The position numbers and the translations under genes were made by a program. A stretch of 15,960 bases of DNA from an uncultured Deinococcales bacterium (GTDB lineage: Bacteria; Deinococcota; Deinococci; Deinococcales; JAAFIG01), in contig CAXTKV010000013.1 in assembly GCA_964244895.1 (NCBI GenBank), positions 7,765 through 23,724 on the forward strand, read 5' to 3'. This document shows positions 1 through 8,072 of the stretch, piece by piece. Every line of letters starts with the position of its first letter. Within the stretch, counting starts at the first letter, position 1. The notes under the pieces were generated by a model, which saw only the letters and a list, made by a program, of their open reading frames with translations, searched no databases and was not told where the DNA came from.

Positions 1-129
1 GCCTTCGTGGCTGCGACTCTGCATTCCGTCTGGCTCGGGCGCGGTTCGGTGCAGGTCGTGTACGTCATCTCGAGCGTCGCAGTCGGGGTGGCGCTGTTGG
101 TTCGGCTCGGGACGCTGGCGCGGCGTTGA
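1..129 (+). CDS. Partial (3' end) membrane protein, possibly a ferric-reductase-like transmembrane (MsrQ-like) domain
   Basis: Frame 1 from base 1 reads AFVAATLHSVWLGRGSVQVVYVISSVAVGVALLVRLGTLARR, then TGA at 127-129. It has two hydrophobic segments with a His in the first and a basic C-terminus. The family call is tentative. Confidence 0.5.
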   Translation, partial: AFVAATLHSVWLGRGSVQVVYVISSVAVGVALLVRLGTLARR

Positions 130-314
130 TGGCGGTTGCACTGTGCGGACAGGTTCCGGTATGGCATCGCTTGCACCTCGAACGGGAGGGCGATCACAGC
201 CGTTGCGGTTTCTGAAGGTTCCGCGTACACCACGGGAGCTTCTCGAGATTCGCGCCGGGTTTTCGCACGGATTTCACTGTCGGCCCGTGATTCGCGGCTC
301 AACCCATCTATAAC

Positions 315-354
315 ACCGTCCAGCACGCGTTATTTGATATGCGTGCTGGACGAT
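315..354. repeat. Paired-palindrome intergenic element, copy 1 (10-bp spacer)
   Basis: ACCGTCCAGCACGCG (315-329), ttatttgata, TGCGTGCTGGACGAT (340-354). Flanks AAC/GTT extend the inverted repeat to 312-357. Confidence 0.9.
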
Positions 355-383
355 GTTCAAATGCGGGACAATGCGGGGTTCGC

Positions 384-2237
384 TCAGGCGAAACCGGGAG
401 CGCTTTCGAGACCTTCACCCTTGCGCAACGGCAACTCCGGCAGCAGGGCCGTCACCAGAAAGCCCAGCAGAATGATCAGCACCCCGATCCGATAAATGCC
501 GCTGATGGCGTCCGTGAACGCCTGCTTGAAGGCCAGATCGATCCGGTCGATGCCCTCAAAGCTGGCCGCTTTGGCCGCGCCCATGCCCTCGAGCGCACCC
601 TTCAGTGCGGCCTCTCGCGCCTGCGCCGGAGCCCGCCCAGCCGCCGTCGCCTCGAGCAAGGGCTTGAGTTGTGGAGCGGTCTGCGGGCTGGCCAGGAGCG
701 CGCGGGCGGCGGTCGCGTCGTTGTCGCGTAGGGCGCTGGTCAGCGCAGCCCTTTGATCGGCGAACCCCTTTTCGATTCCGGCCTTGATCGCGCTGGCGTT
801 GAAGCTCCCGCCCGACGAGGCTGCCCGCCCCTGACCGGGCGCGAACTGGGCGCGAACGGCGGGCGGCAGGCTGGCCGTGGCCTCGCTCATGCGCGTCTGG
901 ATTCCGCCCGTCAGGCTCGAGGCGAAGACCGTGCCCAGCACCGCCAGGCCGACCGTGCCGCCGAGCTGCTGAAAGAAGCTGACGCTCGAGGTCGCCACGC
1001 CCGTCTTGTCGGCGGACACGGCGTTCTGCACCGCCAGGCTGTACAACGACACGACCGCGCCCAAACCAAGGCCGACCAGGATCATCTTGAGCGTCACCTC
1101 GAACTGCCCGGAGGTCGGGGTCAGCGTGAAACCCATGACTGCGAAGCCCGCCACCAGCACCACCAGGCTGACCAGCATGACCGGCTTGTAACGCCCGAAG
1201 CGCGTGGTCAACGCGCCGGAAATGATCGCGCTGGCGATCAGGCCGAACGTCAAGGGTGTGGTCGTCAACCCGGAACGCGTGGCCGAAAGCCCGACCACGT
1301 TGACCATGAAAAGCGGCAAGAACACGATGGCCGACAAGAAACCCGCGCCCAGCACGAAGATCGCCAGGTTGCCGACCGCGAAGGTGCGGTTGGTAAAGAG
1401 GCTCAGATCCAGCAGCGGGTCTTCGGTGCGGCGTTCGGTCAGCACGAAGGCGATCAGGCCGATCACGAACACGGCCAGCATCGCGATGACCTGCCACGAA
1501 CCCCAGGCGAAAGCCGTCTCACCGGGTTGCGGGTTGGATTTGCCCAGGCTGAGCGCCACCAGGAGCGGCACGACCGCGACCACCAACCAGATCGCTCCGG
1601 CGTAATCCACGCGCCCGTGGGCGTTGGTGTTGCGGATCAACGGCATCCGCGCCGCGATGAACCCGAGCGCCAGAGCGCCCAACGGCAAATTCACGAAGAA
1701 CACCCAGTGCCAAGAGAACGAATCGGTGATCGCCCCGCCGACCAACGGCCCCAGCACGCTGGCGAGGCCGAACACGCCGCCCAGCATGCCGCTGACCCGA
1801 CCGCGCTCGGCGGGCGGGTAGAGGTCAGCCACGATGGCGAAAGCCGTGGTGAAGAGCGCACCCGCGCCCAATCCCTGAAACGCCCGGAACAGAATCAGCG
1901 TCAGGGGGTTCCAGGCCAGCCCACACAGCAAGGACCCGATCAAGAACAGCGCCAGCCCGAAAACGATGATCGGTTTGCGCCCGTACAGATCGCCCAGTTT
2001 GCCGTAGATCGGTACGACCACCGTGCTCGAAACGAGGTACGAGATCGTCAGCCAGGTATAGAGCGAGGGTTGAATCTGCAAATCTTTTTGGATGGCCGGG
2101 CCTGCGGTGGCCACGATGGTCTGGTCGAGTGCGCCCAGCAGGAGCGCCAGCACGATGCCGATCAGGGTCAGGGAACGCGTCTGTGGGCTCAGAACCGTCG
2201 GTGTGAAGGATGGAGCGGTATTGGTCGTCTGTGTCAT
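384..2237 (-). CDS. MFS drug:H+ antiporter, DHA2 (EmrB/QacA-like, 14 TMS)
   Basis: 617 aa. Motif D1 LDQTIVATA, motif A GKLGDLYGRK, motif B RAFQGLG, motif C GPLVGG and WHWVFFVNLPLG. SD AAGGAG 5 nt before the ATG. Confidence 0.93.
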   Translation of the reverse strand: MTQTTNTAPSFTPTVLSPQTRSLTLIGIVLALLLGALDQTIVATAGPAIQKDLQIQPSLYTWLTISYLVSSTVVVPIYGKLGDLYGRKPIIVFGLALFLIGSLLCGLAWNPLTLILFRAFQGLGAGALFTTAFAIVADLYPPAERGRVSGMLGGVFGLASVLGPLVGGAITDSFSWHWVFFVNLPLGALALGFIAARMPLIRNTNAHGRVDYAGAIWLVVAVVPLLVALSLGKSNPQPGETAFAWGSWQVIAMLAVFVIGLIAFVLTERRTEDPLLDLSLFTNRTFAVGNLAIFVLGAGFLSAIVFLPLFMVNVVGLSATRSGLTTTPLTFGLIASAIISGALTTRFGRYKPVMLVSLVVLVAGFAVMGFTLTPTSGQFEVTLKMILVGLGLGAVVSLYSLAVQNAVSADKTGVATSSVSFFQQLGGTVGLAVLGTVFASSLTGGIQTRMSEATASLPPAVRAQFAPGQGRAASSGGSFNASAIKAGIEKGFADQRAALTSALRDNDATAARALLASPQTAPQLKPLLEATAAGRAPAQAREAALKGALEGMGAAKAASFEGIDRIDLAFKQAFTDAISGIYRIGVLIILLGFLVTALLPELPLRKGEGLESAPGFA

Positions 2238-2490
2238 GGGGTCTCCTTCGGCGCAGGCGGTTGACGGTGTGAACTGGGCGTGGCGGAACCTGAGCGTGCT
2301 GGCACAACTCCAGAACTGTACCCCATTCTGTACGGGGCGTAACCCGGTGCTTGGCCTAAGCGAGATGCGCTACGGACTGCCCGGTTTCGCTCGAGAACAT
2401 CCGATCCCATTCGGCGGCTCGAGCCTTCCGATTGCTGGCCCCTTGAACCAATCAAAACCCCGAGTGCCCCAGAATTGAATCATCAAAAAC

Positions 2491-2546
2491 ACCGTTTCAG
2501 ACGGTACAATCAACCTGTCAGGTCACGATCTCGCGTCATGGACGGT
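2491..2546. repeat. Paired-palindrome intergenic element, copy 2 (degenerate, 26-bp spacer)
   Basis: ACCGTTTCAGACGGT (2491-2505, preceded by AAC) and CGCGTCATGGACGGT (2532-2546, followed by CT). Confidence 0.6.
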
Positions 2547-2644
2547 CTAGGGGTGTCTCGGGCATCGACGCTCATCGGAGCCCGAGACGGCGGCTCGAGC
2601 CCGTATGCGTGGGGTTTGCAACGCGGCCTCATCGAGTCAGGAAT

Positions 2645-2650
2645 TAAGCT
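2645..2650 (+). promoter_or_regulatory. -10 box (TAAGCT) of a probable leaderless transcript
   Basis: TANNNT hexamer 6 nt before ATG 2657, with no convincing SD. Confidence 0.55.
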
Positions 2651-2656
2651 CCAGGC

Positions 2657-3148
2657 ATGAACCATCGCGCTTCGAAGCTGCTCGTTTTTATCGTTCTGAT
2701 GGTCGCGCTGACCGTCCCCGCCGTGGCCGCCGGGTGGATCGCGTACCAGAACCGCGTGCTGAACTTTCAGATCAACCACCCCGCCGACTGGCATTCGACG
2801 GCCTCGAAGGACGCAGTCGTGTTCCAGTCCGCCGATCCCAACGCCCAGTTTGGGGTGCGCACCCGAAAACCCGTCTCGCTCAGCGCCTGGGTCGAGCTGC
2901 GCCGCCAGGAAGAGCTGCTGCCCGACGGCTCGTCTCGCCTCGAGAAAACCAGCGACACGCGCCTGGCCAACCGTCCCGCCAAGCGCATCGTGCTGTTCAG
3001 TTTCGATCGGTACACCGTCGAGGAAGCCGTGATCGCGCGCGGCAAACTGTTCGTGCTGGAGTACGACGCGCAGAATCCGAACGACCCTCAATTTGCGGCG
3101 CATCAGGCCATCTACGCCAGAATGCGCGCCAGCTTCACGCCCTGGTGA
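2657..3148 (+). CDS. Secreted protein, probable Mog1p/PsbP-like (DcrB/DUF1795-like) fold
   Basis: 163 aa. Signal peptide (MNHRASK + hydrophobic stretch + AVA/AAG). The N-terminal WIAYQNRVLNFQINHPADW and C-terminal IYARMRASF resemble the W-x-Y..F-x-I-x-x-P-x-x-W and 'SF' termini of PsbP-like proteins. Confidence 0.7.
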   Translation: MNHRASKLLVFIVLMVALTVPAVAAGWIAYQNRVLNFQINHPADWHSTASKDAVVFQSADPNAQFGVRTRKPVSLSAWVELRRQEELLPDGSSRLEKTSDTRLANRPAKRIVLFSFDRYTVEEAVIARGKLFVLEYDAQNPNDPQFAAHQAIYARMRASFTPW

Positions 3149-3165
3149 GCCTCACACCCACGAAC

Positions 3166-3205
3166 ACCGTCCTGGACGCACTTTTTAATTTGCGTCCTGG
3201 ACGGT
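3166..3205. repeat. Paired-palindrome intergenic element, copy 3 (10-bp spacer)
   Basis: ACCGTCCTGGACGCA (3166-3180), ctttttaatt, TGCGTCCTGGACGGT (3191-3205). Lies between convergent genes. Confidence 0.92.
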
Positions 3206-3285
3206 GCTCTCGAGGTGAATCAACATCGAATAGCGTCCCGAGGCGCGCTCCCGTACTGAACCCGTGCGGCTCGAGCCAACCGACC

Positions 3286-5682
3286 TCAACCGTTCGCATC
3301 CGGATGCGGCCAGACCCAATCCTTGATCTCGGGCAGGTCGTCGCCGTGGCGGTGCGTGTACTCGCGGTGTTCGACCAGCTTGTCGCGCAGGGATTGCTTG
3401 ACGTGCGCCCCGATGCGCTGCAGGTGCGGCACGCGGTCTATCGCGTCGCCCGCCAGGTGGAACCGATCAATCTCGTTCAGCACGGTCATGTCGAACGGGG
3501 TCGTGGTCGTGCCCTCTTCCTTGTAGCCGCGCACGTGCAGGTTGTCGTGGTTGGTGCGGCGGTACGTCAGGCGGTGAATCAGCCACGGGTAGCCGTGATA
3601 CGCGAAGATGATCGGTTTATCGGTGGTGAACAAACTATCGAAATCTCGATCCGAGAGGCCGTTCGGGTACTCGGTCTGCGATTGCAGTTTCATCAGATCG
3701 ACCACGTTGACCACGCGAATTTTCAGATCCGGAAAGTGCTGGCGCAGGATGTCCACCGCCGCCAGCGTCTCGAGGGTCGGCACGTCGCCCGCGCAGGCCA
3801 TGACCACGTCGGGTTCCGTGCCCGCGTCGGTGCTGGCCCACGTCCAGATGCCGATCCCGGCGGTGCAGTGCTTGATCGCGTCGTCCATCGAGAGCCATTG
3901 CGGTGCGGGTTGCTTGCCAGAGACGATCACGTTGATGCGGTGGCGGCTCCTGAGGCAGTGATCGGCCACGGACAAGAGCGTGTTCGCATCCGGCGGCAGG
4001 TAGACCCTGACCACTTCGGGTTTCTTGTTCATGATGTGGTCTATGAAACCGGGGTCCTGATGCGAAAACCCGTTGTGATCCTGCCGCCAGACGTGCGAGG
4101 TCAGGAGGTAATTCAGCGACGCGACCGGGCGCCGCCACGGGATGCCGCGCGTGGTTTTGAGCCATTTGGCGTGCTGGTTGACCATGCTGTCCACGATGTG
4201 AATGAACGCCTCGTAGCACGAGAACAACCCGTGGCGTCCGGTCAGCAGGTAGCCCTCGAGCCAGCCCTGGCAGAGGTGCTCCGAGAGGATTTCCATGACG
4301 CGACCGTCCGGTGAAAGGTGCTCGTCGGTCGGCAGGGTGGGCAGTTGCCAGGCCTTGTCGGTGGCCTCGTAAAGCCCGCCCAGGCGGTTGGATTCGGTTT
4401 CGTCCGGCCCCATCACGCGGAAGTTCCTGGCGCTCGCGTTCATTTGCATCACGTCGCGCAGGAACTTGCCCAGGTTGCGGGTGGCTTCGGCGGCGTCCGC
4501 GCCGGGTTTTGAAACCGCCACGGCGTACTCGCGGAAATCCGGCATCATCAGGTCGTGCAAGAGCAAGCCGCCGTTGGCGTGCGGGTTCGCGCCCATGCGC
4601 CGTTCGCCCGATGGCGCGAGCGCCGCCAGTTCGGGCAGGAGCGCACCGTTTGAATCGAAGAGTTCTTCTGGACGGTAGCTTTTGAGCCAGACCTCGAGCG
4701 CGCGGAGGTGCTCCGGGTTCTTGGCCAGCCCGTCCAGCGGCACCTGGTGAGCCCGCCAGGTGTTCTCGACGGGTTTGCCGTCCACCGTTTCCGGCCCCGT
4801 CCAGCCTTTGGGGGATCGCAGCACGATCATCGGCCACTGCGGGCGGCGCTTCGGGCCGCCCGCTCGGGCTTCGCGCTGAATGGTTGCAATCTCGAGCCAG
4901 ACGGTTTCCATCGTGGAGGCCATTAACTGGTGCATGGTCTTTGGGTCGTCGCCCTCCACGAAGTGCGGTTTGTGACCGTAGCCTTCAAGGAGTTTGGTCA
5001 ACTCATCGCGTTCCAGGCGCGCCAGCACGGTCGGGTTGGCGATCTTGTAGCCGTTCAGGTGCAGCACCGGCAGCACCGCGCCGTCCGTGGCGGGATTCAG
5101 GAATTTGTTGGAATGCCAGCTCGCGGCCAGCGCGCCCGTCTCGGCCTCGCCGTCACCGATGACGCAGGCCACCAGCAATTCCGGGTTGTCGAAGGCCGCG
5201 CCGTACGCGTGCGCGAGCGCGTAGCCGAGTTCGCCGCCCTCGTGGATCGAACCGGGCGTCTCCGGCGCGACGTGGCTGGGGATGCCACCGGGAAAGGAGA
5301 ACTGCTTGAACAGACGCTGTATGCCGTCCGCGTCCCGCGTGATGTTCGGATAGACCTCCGAGTACGCGCCTTCCAGGTAGGTGTTCGCGACCACGCCCGG
5401 CCCGCCGTGCCCCGGCCCGGCGATGAAGATCGCGCTCTGGTCGTGCGCGCGGATCAGGCGGTTCAGGTGCGCGTAAACGAAGTTCAGTCCGGGCGTCGTG
5501 CCCCAGTGGCCCAGCAGGCGCGGCTTGACGTGCTCGAGCCGGAGGGGTTCGGTCAAGAGCGGGTTGTCCATCAAGTAGATCTGTCCGACCGAGAGGTAAT
5601 TGGCGGCGCGCCAGTACGCGTCGATCAGGTGGAGTTCCTGGCTCGAGAGCGCTGGCGTCGGCGTGCTGATCGTGTCGGTCAT
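3286..5682 (-). CDS. xfp: Xylulose-5-phosphate/fructose-6-phosphate phosphoketolase
   Basis: 798 aa. Motifs [25 protein letters not shown], ThDP-binding GDGEAET...[12 protein letters not shown] and [22 protein letters not shown] upstream. Confidence 0.97.
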   Translation of the reverse strand: MTDTISTPTPALSSQELHLIDAYWRAANYLSVGQIYLMDNPLLTEPLRLEHVKPRLLGHWGTTPGLNFVYAHLNRLIRAHDQSAIFIAGPGHGGPGVVANTYLEGAYSEVYPNITRDADGIQRLFKQFSFPGGIPSHVAPETPGSIHEGGELGYALAHAYGAAFDNPELLVACVIGDGEAETGALAASWHSNKFLNPATDGAVLPVLHLNGYKIANPTVLARLERDELTKLLEGYGHKPHFVEGDDPKTMHQLMASTMETVWLEIATIQREARAGGPKRRPQWPMIVLRSPKGWTGPETVDGKPVENTWRAHQVPLDGLAKNPEHLRALEVWLKSYRPEELFDSNGALLPELAALAPSGERRMGANPHANGGLLLHDLMMPDFREYAVAVSKPGADAAEATRNLGKFLRDVMQMNASARNFRVMGPDETESNRLGGLYEATDKAWQLPTLPTDEHLSPDGRVMEILSEHLCQGWLEGYLLTGRHGLFSCYEAFIHIVDSMVNQHAKWLKTTRGIPWRRPVASLNYLLTSHVWRQDHNGFSHQDPGFIDHIMNKKPEVVRVYLPPDANTLLSVADHCLRSRHRINVIVSGKQPAPQWLSMDDAIKHCTAGIGIWTWASTDAGTEPDVVMACAGDVPTLETLAAVDILRQHFPDLKIRVVNVVDLMKLQSQTEYPNGLSDRDFDSLFTTDKPIIFAYHGYPWLIHRLTYRRTNHDNLHVRGYKEEGTTTTPFDMTVLNEIDRFHLAGDAIDRVPHLQRIGAHVKQSLRDKLVEHREYTHRHGDDLPEIKDWVWPHPDANG

Positions 5683-5730
5683 GCGCGGTCAACCTCCTTA
5701 TTGAATGGCTGGTTTCGCTCTCGGATAAAG

Positions 5731-5780
5731 ACCGTTCTGGACGCGTTCAATTGCGATCGAGAACGTGCGCGCTACACGGT
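5731..5780. repeat. Paired-palindrome intergenic element, copy 4 (20-bp spacer, right box degenerate)
   Basis: ACCGTTCTGGACGCG (5731-5745), 20 bp, TGCGCGCTACACGGT (5766-5780). Lies in a divergent intergenic region. Confidence 0.7.
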
Positions 5781-5944
5781 GTCTGCCCAAACCGTACTCG
5801 GACCCTGGTGCGTCTCTTGAGAATCCGTCTGCCCGATGAGAAGTTGATGCGCCGCGAAGCGTCCCTATCTCACTCGACTACGACGCGTTTGTGTCATGCG
5901 TCTGTGGCTTGCAGACATCAGACAATCCGCCCATAGCGTGCCGT

Positions 5945-6787
5945 ATGAGCGATCAATCCCTGCCAGTCCTCGGTGCGGCCATGCCGATTGAGCTGATCGG
6001 CGACCACGCCGAGTGGTTGCATCAACACGGCGGGCGCGACCTGGAGATTCAGGACGCGTACAAATCCGAAGTGATCGACGGCGACTGGAAGCCGATCATT
6101 CAGAAAGCCGCGCAAGCCCTGGAGGGTCACACCGGGCGCGTCGGCATTCACGGGCCTTTCGATGGCCTGCACATCGGGTCGTGGGACGCGCCCGTGCGCG
6201 AGTTCGTGGCGGGGCGTTACCTCAAAGCGCTCGAATTTCTGGGGGCGCTGTGCGAGGCTGTGGGCTCGCGCGAACCGCACATGGTCGTGCATAGCCCGTT
6301 TTTGTTTTTTGGTCACGCCCAGGTCGCGCACACGCCCGCGACGGGCTTGAAAGACCAGATCAACTGGGTGCACCAGACCCTGGAGGCGGTCGTCTCGAGC
6401 GCCGAGAAGCTGGGCGCGACCATCGTGATCGAGAACATCCGCGACCTCAACCCGCAGCCGCTGCTGGCGCTGGTGCGGTCCTTCGATTCCAGCCGCGTCC
6501 GCATGAGCCTCGACGCGGGCCACGCCAACCTGATGTCCGAGATCGGCGCGCCCAAAGCCGACCAGTGGGTGCGCGAGGCGGGTGAATTCCTTGGGCACGT
6601 GCATCTGCAGGACAACGACGGGATGCTCGATCACCACTGGCGACCCGGCAGGGGCACGATCAACTGGTACGCCGTCATGACTGCGATTCGCAACCTGGAC
6701 GCGCAGCCGAGATTGATCCTCGAGGTGCGCGGCACTGAAGTCAAACCCGCCGCCGAATGGTTGGTCAATCAGGGCTTGGCCCGGTAG
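5945..6787 (+). CDS. Sugar-phosphate isomerase/epimerase family protein (xylose isomerase-like TIM barrel / AP endonuclease 2 family)
   Basis: Metal-binding pattern IHGPF...VVH...IENI...LDAGHA...HVHLQDNDG..DHH..PG.G.I...LEV. Start moved from 5891 to ATG 5945, which follows TAGCGT by 5 nt. Confidence 0.85.
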   Translation: MSDQSLPVLGAAMPIELIGDHAEWLHQHGGRDLEIQDAYKSEVIDGDWKPIIQKAAQALEGHTGRVGIHGPFDGLHIGSWDAPVREFVAGRYLKALEFLGALCEAVGSREPHMVVHSPFLFFGHAQVAHTPATGLKDQINWVHQTLEAVVSSAEKLGATIVIENIRDLNPQPLLALVRSFDSSRVRMSLDAGHANLMSEIGAPKADQWVREAGEFLGHVHLQDNDGMLDHHWRPGRGTINWYAVMTAIRNLDAQPRLILEVRGTEVKPAAEWLVNQGLAR

Positions 6788-6822
6788 GCATCGGGCAAAG
6801 CAGTTCTCGCGGTCGGGATCGG

Positions 6823-6849
6823 CTCGAGGTGCAACGGTTGAACCTCGAG
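6823..6849. terminator. Stem-loop downstream of the isomerase gene (possible terminator or stabiliser)
   Basis: CTCGAGGTGCAA-cgg-TTGAACCTCGAG, a 12-bp stem with one mismatch and no U-tract. Confidence 0.35.
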
Positions 6850-6909
6850 GGTCGCTTCTGCACCTGCCTGGAGCCTCAAGCCTCACGAGCCTTCGGGCCT
6901 CACGAAAAG

Positions 6910-6959
6910 GTCGTCCTGGACGATGTTTCTCGATTCATAAGGAAACCGTCCTGGACGGT
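6910..6959. repeat. Paired-palindrome intergenic element, copy 5 (20-bp spacer)
   Basis: GTCGTCCTGGACGAT (6910-6924), gtttctcgattcataaggaa, ACCGTCCTGGACGGT (6945-6959, the perfect consensus). Confidence 0.9.
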
Positions 6960-7033
6960 GCGCTCGGGCGTGCTCAATCCGCTCGAGGCCAGATCGAGCG
7001 TCGCGAGAGGCCGCTGGCGTGCAGAATGGCAGC

Positions 7034-8005
7034 ATGCTTCACCGCTACCGCAGCGACGGAACCGAAATGCGCCGACTGTCCCCGGAAGTCACCTCAGGCT
7101 CGAGCCCGAGGGAATCGGGCCCCGTGGACGCGGGTTGTTGGATCGACGCGATCAAACCCACCGAAGCTGAACTGGATGTTCTGAAAACCGAGTACGGTGT
7201 GCCCGCCGATTTCCTGATCTACGCGCTCGACCCGGACGAACACCCGCGTTTCGAGCGGAACGGCGCGTTCACGCTGTTCGTGGTGCAGGCGGCGCACTGG
7301 CTCGGCGAGGGTGTGCGCGTGCCGTACGACACGGTTCCGCTGGCGATCATTCTTTCGCCGGATCACGTCATCACGATCTGCGAGCACCGCCACACGGTCA
7401 TGTCCGACTTGCGCTTCGGACGCTTGCCCGCGATGGACACCACGCAACGCACGGACTTCACGCTGCGGATGCTGCTGCGCGTCGCCCAGCGTTACCTGCA
7501 AAACCTGCGCTCGATCAACCGCAAGGTCGAAGCCCTGGAAAAGCTCCTGGAGAACAGCACACAGAATCAGGAATTGCTGGAATTGATGCGATTGGAAAAA
7601 AGCCTGGTGTACTTCCGTACCGCCCTGCGCGCCAACGCCACGATGTTGGAGCGCATGCGGCGCGACCGCGTGCTGGAACTTTCAGAATCGCAGGTGGATT
7701 TGCTGAACGACATTCACACCGAAACCATTCAGGCGCTCGAGATGACGGACGTGGAACTGAACATTCTTTCCACCATGATGGGTGCGTTCGCGTCCGTCAT
7801 CAGCAACAACCTGAACCTGGTCGTGCGCGTGCTGACGGTCGCCACGATCCTGGTGGCCGTGCCGACCTGGATCACGGGCGTGTTCGGCATGAACGTGGTC
7901 ATACCCGGCATGAATCACCCGCTGGCCTTTCCGCTCGTGCTGGTGCTGTGCGCGCTCACGGTCTGGTGGCTGCTCTGGCAGTTCAAGAAGCGCCGCTGGT
8001 TGTGA
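7034..8005 (+). CDS. corA: CorA-family Mg2+/Co2+ transporter
   Basis: CWID..P, ALDPDEHPRFE, long helical stalk, two C-terminal TM helices with the GMN signature (VFGMNV). Start moved from 7019 to ATG 7034, 6 nt after CAGAAT. Confidence 0.92.
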   Translation: MLHRYRSDGTEMRRLSPEVTSGSSPRESGPVDAGCWIDAIKPTEAELDVLKTEYGVPADFLIYALDPDEHPRFERNGAFTLFVVQAAHWLGEGVRVPYDTVPLAIILSPDHVITICEHRHTVMSDLRFGRLPAMDTTQRTDFTLRMLLRVAQRYLQNLRSINRKVEALEKLLENSTQNQELLELMRLEKSLVYFRTALRANATMLERMRRDRVLELSESQVDLLNDIHTETIQALEMTDVELNILSTMMGAFASVISNNLNLVVRVLTVATILVAVPTWITGVFGMNVVIPGMNHPLAFPLVLVLCALTVWWLLWQFKKRRWL

Positions 8006-8030
8006 AGCGCACGGCTCGAATCAGGGAACG

Positions 8031-8057
8031 GAGCGGCGGGTCACAGACCCGCCGCTC
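8031..8057. terminator. Perfect GC-rich hairpin between convergent corA and ppk1 (probable terminator)
   Basis: GAGCGGCGGGTC-aca-GACCCGCCGCTC, a 12-bp perfect stem without a clear U-tract. Confidence 0.55.
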
Positions 8058-8072
8058 GAGCCAGACTGGATT

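Noticed and set aside
136..495. 119-aa plus-strand ORF and similar short ORFs spanning intergenic regions (e.g. 2234-2455, 6757-7170, 11793-12161, 14708-14956)
   Set aside because: They have no SD or -10 support, show atypical composition, and run through repeat elements and real genes.
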